Position numbers and translations under genes: made by a program. 64,000 nucleotides of DNA. It comes from Myxococcota bacterium (GTDB taxonomy: Bacteria; Myxococcota_A; UBA9160; SZUA-336). A model generated the notes under the pieces. The model was given only the letters and a program-made list of their open reading frames with translations, was not told the origin of the DNA and did no database searches. The stretch spans positions 1,600,001 through 1,664,000 of the forward strand of contig CBDFGR010000003.1 of assembly GCA_965247115.1 (NCBI GenBank), read 5' to 3'. This document shows positions 57,301 through 64,000 of the stretch, piece by piece. Numbering within the stretch: the first letter of the stretch is position 1; the number at the start of each line of letters is the position of its first letter.

Positions 57301-59174
57301 CGCAACGAGAGTTCAAGCCGAAGGTATTGGCTCTAACAAGCCGGTTGGTGCGAAGTGTGTCCGCGGTCGTCATAGCGCTTGGCAGCCTTTCCTGCGCTGA
57401 TTCGCAGGAAGATGTGCAGGAGCCTCAATCCGACCAGTCTTATTACATATCCATGCGAGATGGAGTTCGGCTTGCTGTGAGCATCTACTTTCCAGAACGC
57501 AAGATGCCGACGAGAAAGTTGCCCACGATCTTGATCCAGACACGATACGGACGGGAATGGGTATTCGAGATCGGCGAGCGGCAGGGTGGCTACGAGTACT
57601 TTCGGGATTCGGGAGCTGTGATCGCGATCGTCGACGACCGCGGATCGACCGCCTCAACGGGGTCGCGCACTCTTGAAATGGGTCCTGAGCTGATTCGGGA
57701 CATGGATGAAGTCATTGATCATTTTGCTGAACGACCCTGGTCGAATGGTCAGGTCTTTACCACCGGCGTCTCCTATATGGCGGATACCGCCGATCTATCG
57801 ACCGGCAGTCAGCATCCGGCGTTGAAGGGCGCGATCGTCCGCGAGGCGGATTTCGACTTCTACCGGCATCTGTTCAATCCAGGGGGTGTGGCCAATGATC
57901 TGTTCATTCATTCCTGGGGCACGTGGATACTGACCATCGACACGGGCCAAACGGAGCAGGACGGGGTCTCGATCGACTGCGTCAAGCGGGTGGCCGACTG
58001 CGCCCACTTTCGGCCGAATGTGATGCCGGTCAAGGACGACCAGGACATGAGCCAAATGCGCTCATCGTTGAGGGATCGCGTGCGTTGGCCCCCCGATGCC
58101 TACGACAGCGCAGCGTTCCGCGATGACAAGGGAGCGAACGGGTTCACGATCTTTCAGTCCAGCCCTTCTGCCTATCTGGACTCCATCTCGGCAAGAGCGC
58201 TACCGGTACAGTACTGGGGGAGCTGGATCGATGCTGGGACGGCGGCCGGAGCATTGGACCGTTACCGGTCGCTTCCGCACGTCCCGATGGAGGTGTGGAT
58301 AACGGGGAATGATCATCTCAACGAGCAGAATGCCGATCCATTCTTTCCGGAGCGAGAGTCGCCTTTTCCACCAATAGATGAGCAGCGCGAGCTGATGCGC
58401 TCATTCTTCGATCGGCTCGGAGCTGGCGAAGAGATCCAGCGAACGATCCACTACTACGTGCTGGGGACTGGCACATACAGGCAAGCCTCGACCTGGCCGC
58501 CGGCGGACCTGAGCGAGACGTTTCTTTTCTTTGCCGACGGAAGTCAGTTGACGACGAATCGCCCGGAACATGGTGAGGCCGACTTTTACGAAGTCGATTT
58601 CACGGCCACGACAGGCGATTACAACCGCTGGACAACGCAGTTCGGAGCTCCACCGGACTACCGCGATCGACGAGAGGAAGACAAGAAGTTGTTCGTCTAT
58701 ACCGGGGATCCCGTGGAGCAGGACATGGAAGTCGCCGGTACTCCGTACGTTACGTTGCATGTCAAGACGAGAACGACCGACCCGGCGTTCTACGTGTATC
58801 TGGAAGATGTCGCGCCGGATGGTTATGTCACGTACCTGACGGAAGGCCAGTTTCGCGCGGTCAATCGCAAGATCGCGGAGCCTGAATCGCTACCGTATGA
58901 CCAAGGGCCGGATGTGCATACCTATGCCCGCGAAGATGCGCAACCGATGAGGCCTGATCGTATTGAGCAGGTACGGTTCTCGCTGTTTCCACTGGCCGCC
59001 AGGATCAAGAAGGGTCACCGCTTACGCGTTGCGATCGGCGGCGCGGATGGTGACCGGTTTCGCCGATATTCTCATGGGCAGCCGGAGTCGTTTCAGATCC
59101 ATACCGGCGGAGCAACTCCAAGTGGTATTACGGTCCCGCTAGGCCCATGGCACGAGGGAGGCGGAGAAACGTAG
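57297..59174 (+). CDS. CocE/NonD family (peptidase S15-like) hydrolase, possible lipoprotein
   Basis: ISMRDGVRLA, TRYGR, DDRG..ASTG, PWSNGQV...GVSY, GHRLRVAI.G.D. Confidence 0.9.
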   Translation: MTQREFKPKVLALTSRLVRSVSAVVIALGSLSCADSQEDVQEPQSDQSYYISMRDGVRLAVSIYFPERKMPTRKLPTILIQTRYGREWVFEIGERQGGYEYFRDSGAVIAIVDDRGSTASTGSRTLEMGPELIRDMDEVIDHFAERPWSNGQVFTTGVSYMADTADLSTGSQHPALKGAIVREADFDFYRHLFNPGGVANDLFIHSWGTWILTIDTGQTEQDGVSIDCVKRVADCAHFRPNVMPVKDDQDMSQMRSSLRDRVRWPPDAYDSAAFRDDKGANGFTIFQSSPSAYLDSISARALPVQYWGSWIDAGTAAGALDRYRSLPHVPMEVWITGNDHLNEQNADPFFPERESPFPPIDEQRELMRSFFDRLGAGEEIQRTIHYYVLGTGTYRQASTWPPADLSETFLFFADGSQLTTNRPEHGEADFYEVDFTATTGDYNRWTTQFGAPPDYRDRREEDKKLFVYTGDPVEQDMEVAGTPYVTLHVKTRTTDPAFYVYLEDVAPDGYVTYLTEGQFRAVNRKIAEPESLPYDQGPDVHTYAREDAQPMRPDRIEQVRFSLFPLAARIKKGHRLRVAIGGADGDRFRRYSHGQPESFQIHTGGATPSGITVPLGPWHEGGGET

Positions 59175-59176
59175 TG

Positions 59177-59632
59177 TCACAAATGACCGAGTCCCGGGTC
59201 AGTCGCCCAGCCTTTGGCTAGCGGTACTAAATAGAACATCTCGACCCGGCGAGACGTGAACTTCCACTCGCCGTCGATCTTCTCGTACTCGTCGTGAAGC
59301 CGGCCGGCCCCGATCATGGAGTCGTCACCGCGGGTCCCACGATTCTCCAGCGAGCACCATCCCTTGGCGCGCTTGCCGTCGAGGTGTATGACGTGGTTCG
59401 TGAAGAAGGGCTTCACTTTGAGCGGCCAGGTCGTTGTGTAGAATTCCTTCATGGCTTCGTGGCCCTCGATCAGGCCGCGACCCAGCGAGCTGAAATCTAC
59501 AGAGCCGTCTTCCGTAAACAGGTTCACAAGCCGATCGGCGTCCTGAGCCTCGATGGCCAGGCCGTACTCATAGGTGAGCTCGCGGATCTTTTCACGGTCC
59601 CAGAGTTCCTGGACCATCTCTTCGTGGGTCAT
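59177..59632 (-). CDS. SnoaL/NTF2-like protein
   Basis: DREKIRELTYEY...D...LFTED, N.VI..DG, HDEY....GEWKF..R. Confidence 0.85.
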   Translation of the reverse strand: MTHEEMVQELWDREKIRELTYEYGLAIEAQDADRLVNLFTEDGSVDFSSLGRGLIEGHEAMKEFYTTTWPLKVKPFFTNHVIHLDGKRAKGWCSLENRGTRGDDSMIGAGRLHDEYEKIDGEWKFTSRRVEMFYLVPLAKGWATDPGLGHL

Positions 59633-60951
59633 GGGCCTAGTTCTCCTAGTGCGGATACCGGCAAGCGTACAGCAGCCGGTGGACTGTGGGTGACCGCCAA
59701 GCTGCTCCGGTCCCTCACAATGCTTGCCAGCTCGAGCAGAATTTCTACCGTCGGCGGGCCCAGCGTCGGTCCGACGTTGCTGTTGAACTGGATCGCCACG
59801 GCAAATCGGTGATCAGGGAAGTACATCATTTCCGACCGGTAGCCGGGGAAGAATCCTCCGTGTCCGTAAGCGAGGCCGAACGGAGTCTGCCGAATGAAGA
59901 CACCGAGTCCGTATCTCACCCCATCGTCGGCATCGACCCCGTCGAGCATCTCGGGCAGGAGCGAGGCGGGGAAGACATCTCCTTCGTAGACGAGCTTCGC
60001 CCAGCGCGCGAGGGCCACCGCGGTCGTGGCGAGACCGCCCCCGGTCCATTCGAACTGAGGATTGATGACGAACACGCCGTCTCTGAGCGCTTCCGTTGCC
60101 GCCCCGGCCCCGCTCGTGGGGACCTGCGCCGTGTCGTCACCATAGCCGTGCAGCGCCGCTTCCATCGACGTTCCCGGGTATCCCTGCGCCAGCCGCTCGA
60201 TGCGTCGCGAGTCCGAGGGGATGATGTCAGCGAGGTCGAAGGGCTCCAACACTCGGCGGTGGAGCTCGCTGTAGTATCCGGAACCAGTACTTCGTTCGAA
60301 GACCATGCCCAGAAGGATGTAGTTCGTATCGGTGTAGTAGAAGTCCGTTCCGGCGGGAAACAGAGCCTCGGCGCCGACCTCGTACTGCACGAGCTCTTCT
60401 GGCCGCCAGACGCGCTCTGGAGCCTGGAAGAGATCATGGATGAACTCAGGATCCACAACGTAGTCGGGAATCCCGGTCGTGTGGTTCATGAGCATCCGGA
60501 CGGTGAGGTCGTCTGCGTTGGGCAGCCCCGCGTACCAAGCATGGTCTCCGAGCCACTTCCCGACGGGATCGTCCAGGCCGAGCCGCCCTTCTCCGACAGC
60601 GCCTAGCGCCAGGGCCGAAACGAAGGTCTTTCCTATGCTCCCGGCAAGCAGCCGATGGTCGGGCCGCATCGCCGTGCCTCTGCTCTGGTCCGCCAGACCC
60701 ACCGCCAATCCGTAGGAGCTGCCGTCGGCAAGGGCGACACCGAAGGTGGCTCCTGGAAACGAGCCGGCGCTATGAAGCTCTTCGAGCTTGGCTTGGAGCG
60801 CTACCCGAAGCCGGTCTGCGTCCGTCTCGTGCCCGCAGGATGCGCCGACAACCAAAAGCGCGGTCACGAGGACGAAAGATCTGAACACTCGAGGGAGCAC
60901 TCCTCTGGAACGTCTTTCGTGCAGTGTGGACGTCCGACTCGATGGGCTCAC
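59629..60951 (-). CDS. Serine hydrolase (class C beta-lactamase/DD-peptidase family), possible lipoprotein
   Basis: GSIGK (SxxK), LMNHTTG, YTD.NY (YxD variant of YxN), GHGG. Start uncertain. Confidence 0.88.
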   Translation of the reverse strand: MSPSSRTSTLHERRSRGVLPRVFRSFVLVTALLVVGASCGHETDADRLRVALQAKLEELHSAGSFPGATFGVALADGSSYGLAVGLADQSRGTAMRPDHRLLAGSIGKTFVSALALGAVGEGRLGLDDPVGKWLGDHAWYAGLPNADDLTVRMLMNHTTGIPDYVVDPEFIHDLFQAPERVWRPEELVQYEVGAEALFPAGTDFYYTDTNYILLGMVFERSTGSGYYSELHRRVLEPFDLADIIPSDSRRIERLAQGYPGTSMEAALHGYGDDTAQVPTSGAGAATEALRDGVFVINPQFEWTGGGLATTAVALARWAKLVYEGDVFPASLLPEMLDGVDADDGVRYGLGVFIRQTPFGLAYGHGGFFPGYRSEMMYFPDHRFAVAIQFNSNVGPTLGPPTVEILLELASIVRDRSSLAVTHSPPAAVRLPVSALGELGP

Positions 60952-60981
60952 GATCGGATTCGAGCGGCGCTTCTGAACGAC

Positions 60982-61305
60982 CTACGGCGACAGGCCACAC
61001 TCTTGCTTGATCTCTGCGATCTTAGCGTCGATGTCGTCGTTGTACTTTCCGCTCGCGACGCTGGCCCGATTGCCATAGTCCCCGCCAAGAATCCCCGCTA
61101 CGGCCGCAACCGGAAGGATCATTCGTACGCCAGAAGCCACTTGTTTCCCAGTAGAGGCTTTCTCGCCCTCGAGCTCTGCGATGTCCGCAGCAGCCGTTTC
61201 GCAATCGACGGGTTCAGCGAGATCCGCCTTCGCCTCATCTGAGATGGTGCGACACCCTGCAACAACTCCAATACAGAGCACAAGCAAGAACACTGTCTTT
61301 GCCAC
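60982..61305 (-). CDS. Hypothetical lipoprotein
   Basis: GTG start with AAGGAG SD. MAKTVFLLVLCIGVVAGC lipobox. Cys pair in PVDC...ECG. Confidence 0.75.
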   Translation of the reverse strand: MAKTVFLLVLCIGVVAGCRTISDEAKADLAEPVDCETAAADIAELEGEKASTGKQVASGVRMILPVAAVAGILGGDYGNRASVASGKYNDDIDAKIAEIKQECGLSP

Positions 61306-61441
61306 GATCAACTCCTTTATCTGAGACGTGCCCGGAAGCCGGTCAGCGCTCCCGCGCAATATACCAGGATGAGAGTGTGCATGGCAGCTAACCAATCTGC
61401 GTCGTTTTTCGCTGCAGGCGGTATAGTCGAATCGCCTCAGC

Positions 61442-62821
61442 ATGAAACACAGAGTCGTCGCGCTAGCAGTGCTGCTGTGGACTCTGGACGCGTCGGCCAA
61501 GAGCATCCTGCTGACTGACGTCAACGTCCTCCCCATGGATACGCCCCGGGTGCTCGAGCGGCACACGATCCTCATCGCCGATGGCCTCATCCAGGCTATC
61601 GGGCCCGTCGGCAGCCTCCGCGTTCCGCCACAGACCATCCGCGTCGACTGCCAGGGCGGCTTCGTCCTGCCCGGCCTCTCCGATATGCACGCGCACATCG
61701 GGGGAGCCGTCGCCGACGAGACCAGCGACGTCGCCGCGAACCAGTTCCTCCTGTATCTGGCCACGGGAGTGACACTTCTGCGCGACCCCGGCGGAAGCGA
61801 CGCGCACTTCGACTACCGCCGCAGGATCCGAGCGGGCGAGCTGCTGGGCCCGGATCTCCACTTCACGTCCCCGATTCTGGAGGGTGAGGACGCCGTGTGG
61901 GACTTCGCCGTCCAGGTGGTCGACCCCGCGGACGTCGAACCGCTGATCGAGGGCTTCGCGGAGCAGGGCTACTGGGGCGTGAAGACCTACCACACCCTCT
62001 CGGCGCCGGTGTTCGACGCGGTGGTCGAAGCGGCACGGCGGCACGGGCTCCCGGTGATTGGTCACGTGCCCTTCGAGGTGGGCATCGAGCGCGCCCTCGC
62101 GAAGCGCATGTTCTCGATCGAGCACCTGCGCGGCTACGACTTCGACGGCTTGAGCGCGATTGAGCTCGAGAAGGACGGGGGTCGGTCGGCGCGCCGGTTC
62201 TCGTCGATCGCGCGAATGACGGACGCCCGTAGGACCGAACTCGTCGAGAGGACTTTTCAGGCGGGGACCTGGAACGTGCCGACCCTCGTCATCGCGCGCT
62301 TTCTGTGGGACGCCGAGGGACGCGAGGCGCTCGCCAGGCAGCCGCGCTTCGGGCTGGTCCATCCGGCCATGCAAGACGCGGTGAAGAACGCGAGCGCGCT
62401 CGACGCCCTGTTCTCGCCGGAATCGCGCAGGGCTCTGCAGGAGGTACTCCCTCACCAGCAAGCGCTGGTGAGGGAGCTGCACTCGCGCGGTGCCGGGATT
62501 CTCATCGGTACCGATTCCGTGCTGCCCGCCTACGTCCCCGGTTTCACGCCGATCGACGAGATGCAGGCGATCGCCGCGGGCGGAATCGAGAATTTCGCAG
62601 TCCTGCAGGCCGCCACCCTCAAGGCCGCCCAGGCGCTGGGCGTTGCCGGTGAACGCGGCACCGTGGCAGTGGGAAAACGGGCGAGCTTGATCGTCCTGGC
62701 GGAGAACCCGGTCGAGGACCTCGCCGCGCTTTGGTCTCTCAAGGGCGTCCTGCATCACGGACGCTGGTTGCCCCTGGCTAGTCTGGAGCGCCACCTTCGC
62801 GACCAGCTCGAACGGGACTGA
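61442..62821 (+). CDS. Secreted amidohydrolase_1 family protein
   Basis: Signal peptide, PGLSDMHAH, GVT..RD.GG, GHVP, SIEH, GTDS, G.VAVGKRA. Confidence 0.9.
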   Translation: MKHRVVALAVLLWTLDASAKSILLTDVNVLPMDTPRVLERHTILIADGLIQAIGPVGSLRVPPQTIRVDCQGGFVLPGLSDMHAHIGGAVADETSDVAANQFLLYLATGVTLLRDPGGSDAHFDYRRRIRAGELLGPDLHFTSPILEGEDAVWDFAVQVVDPADVEPLIEGFAEQGYWGVKTYHTLSAPVFDAVVEAARRHGLPVIGHVPFEVGIERALAKRMFSIEHLRGYDFDGLSAIELEKDGGRSARRFSSIARMTDARRTELVERTFQAGTWNVPTLVIARFLWDAEGREALARQPRFGLVHPAMQDAVKNASALDALFSPESRRALQEVLPHQQALVRELHSRGAGILIGTDSVLPAYVPGFTPIDEMQAIAAGGIENFAVLQAATLKAAQALGVAGERGTVAVGKRASLIVLAENPVEDLAALWSLKGVLHHGRWLPLASLERHLRDQLERD

Positions 62822-62908
62822 GCTGCGCGACTCCCGGTCTCGTCTCCTATAGACTGGAGGCGAACGTAGCACGCGAGCCCGCACGAAGGGGTCGCGTTGG
62901 GAGTAGCC

Positions 62909-63397
62909 ATGGCGGACGATTATCTCGATCGTGTCATTAGGTCGTACCAGGGGGAAGTCTTTGGGGAGGCGATCTTCCACGATATGGCCGCGAAGAGCGC
63001 CGATGCCGAGACGACCTACAAATGGCGGGTGCTCGAGCAGCTCGAACGCGAGACCAAGCAGCGCCTCAAGCCCCTGGTGGCCGAGCTCGGCGGGGACGTC
63101 AAGGAAGACCCCTCGAGTTTCTCGGAGGGCCTGCACCTGGCAGAGAAGTGGGCGCAGCAGTCCTGGGACGAGCTCATGGTATGGTTCCGCGACGAGCTCC
63201 CCCCGTACGTGCGCTTCTTCGAAAAGCTCGAGGCCGACGCGCGCAGCGAGGACCGTGAGCTCCTCGCCGCGGTGACCGCCCACGAGAAGGCGCTGCTGGC
63301 CTTTGCCGAGCACGAGATCGCCGGTAGAACCGATCGTTCGGTCGAGCCTGTACTGGCGCTGCTCGATAGTCCCCCGCAGCGACATGGGGCAGCCTAG
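62909..63397 (+). CDS. Ferritin-like fold hypothetical protein
   Basis: YQGEVFGE..F, LEQLE, HE motifs in a helical pattern. Confidence 0.6.
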   Translation: MADDYLDRVIRSYQGEVFGEAIFHDMAAKSADAETTYKWRVLEQLERETKQRLKPLVAELGGDVKEDPSSFSEGLHLAEKWAQQSWDELMVWFRDELPPYVRFFEKLEADARSEDRELLAAVTAHEKALLAFAEHEIAGRTDRSVEPVLALLDSPPQRHGAA

Positions 63398-63429
63398 CAC
63401 CGCTTGACACGGGCGAAGGAGGGTACGCA

Positions 63430-63828
63430 ATGAGCGACTGTTCCCGGAGCGATCTCGAGCGTTGGACCCGAGACTTCACTCAGGCTTTCAACGACAACGA
63501 TCTCGATCGGGTAATGTCCTACTTTGCGACGGACGGCGTATACGACCAGTTCAACGACGAGCCGGCAGAGGGCCTTGAGGCGATCCGCGCGGCGTTCGAG
63601 CCGCAGTTCAAGGGCGCTTTTGGCGAGATGCGCTTCGAAGAAGAGGACTTCTTTGTGGATGCGGAGACGCGCAAGAGCCTGATCTCGTGGGTGTGCAGCC
63701 TCGACACCGTGGACGGTCGCGCCAGTTGGCGCGGCCTCGACATCCTCGTGTTCGACGCAGATGGAAGAATCGCCCGCAAGGCGACCTACGGTAAGGCCAA
63801 GACGCTCCTACTTCGGCCCTGCAGGTGA
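63430..63828 (+). CDS. SnoaL/NTF2-like protein
   Basis: F..AFN..DLD.VMSYF..D, G.EAIR, RGLD...F..G.I..K.TY.K. Confidence 0.85.
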   Translation: MSDCSRSDLERWTRDFTQAFNDNDLDRVMSYFATDGVYDQFNDEPAEGLEAIRAAFEPQFKGAFGEMRFEEEDFFVDAETRKSLISWVCSLDTVDGRASWRGLDILVFDADGRIARKATYGKAKTLLLRPCR

Positions 63829-63876
63829 TCGCCCAGGAGGGATCGAGGAGACGGCGCGGATAGCTGCGCGAGCTGG

Positions 63877-64000
63877 CTAAAAGAGTGAGCGCTTCGATTC
63901 CATGTTGGAGTGGACATCGATCAGCACTGTCGTGCCGTCGGCGTTCAGGCGCCGCGCTTCTGCCAGGGCCGGCGCCATCTCCGAGGTCTTCTCGACGGTG
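63877..64000 (-). CDS. C-terminus of a gene entering from the right edge, possibly a thiamine-diphosphate-dependent enzyme
   Basis: TVEKTSEMAPALAEARRLNADGTTVLIDVHSNMESKRSLF* resembles the end of TPP_enzyme_C domains. Only ~40 codons are visible. Confidence 0.5.
   Translation of the reverse strand, partial: TVEKTSEMAPALAEARRLNADGTTVLIDVHSNMESKRSLF

Noticed and set aside
1..64000. tRNA, rRNA, riboswitch, prophage or anti-phage defence genes
   Set aside because: None recognised by eye. Covariance-model and HMM searches were not possible, so short RNAs could have been missed.

Overview
High-GC, gene-dense chromosomal segment from a diderm (Gram-negative-type) bacterium. The outer-membrane efflux lipoprotein, PqiABC and LolA-like proteins support a diderm envelope. 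The gene content looks like an uncultured Myxococcota/deltaproteobacterium-like organism, but that is an impression only. About 60 CDSs are present, mostly metabolic or transport genes: an AmmeMemoRadiSam (amrA/amrB/amrS) locus, CoA transferase, coaE, a MetX-family acyltransferase, a ClC-CBS-TrkA_C protein, an RND efflux operon, pqiABC, a molybdenum cluster (mobA, NuoE/F-like fusion, fdhF, yqeC, sulfite dehydrogenase plus cytochrome c) and a partly broken catabolic island at ~49-59 kb. Main observations not evident from the ORF track: (1) a hidden selenoprotein, where two minus-strand ORFs join through an in-frame TGA in a UPVC motif followed by a SECIS-like hairpin (GrdB/PrdB-like); (2) a ~92-bp hairpin-rich repeat in three copies, two of which enclose a second perfect 32-bp inverted repeat to form a ~410-bp nested palindrome; (3) yqeC coupled to a Cys-type formate dehydrogenase through a probable CTG start; (4) a ClC carrying GPGVP in place of GSGIP; (5) a doubly disabled RND operon, with a head-to-head deletion junction against an mscS remnant plus an IS5-family insertion at CTAG; (6) several frameshift/nonsense lesions clustered in the island; (7) several apparently leaderless genes. 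No rRNA, tRNA or CRISPR array was recognised. All calls come from reading the sequence by eye; no database searches were run.
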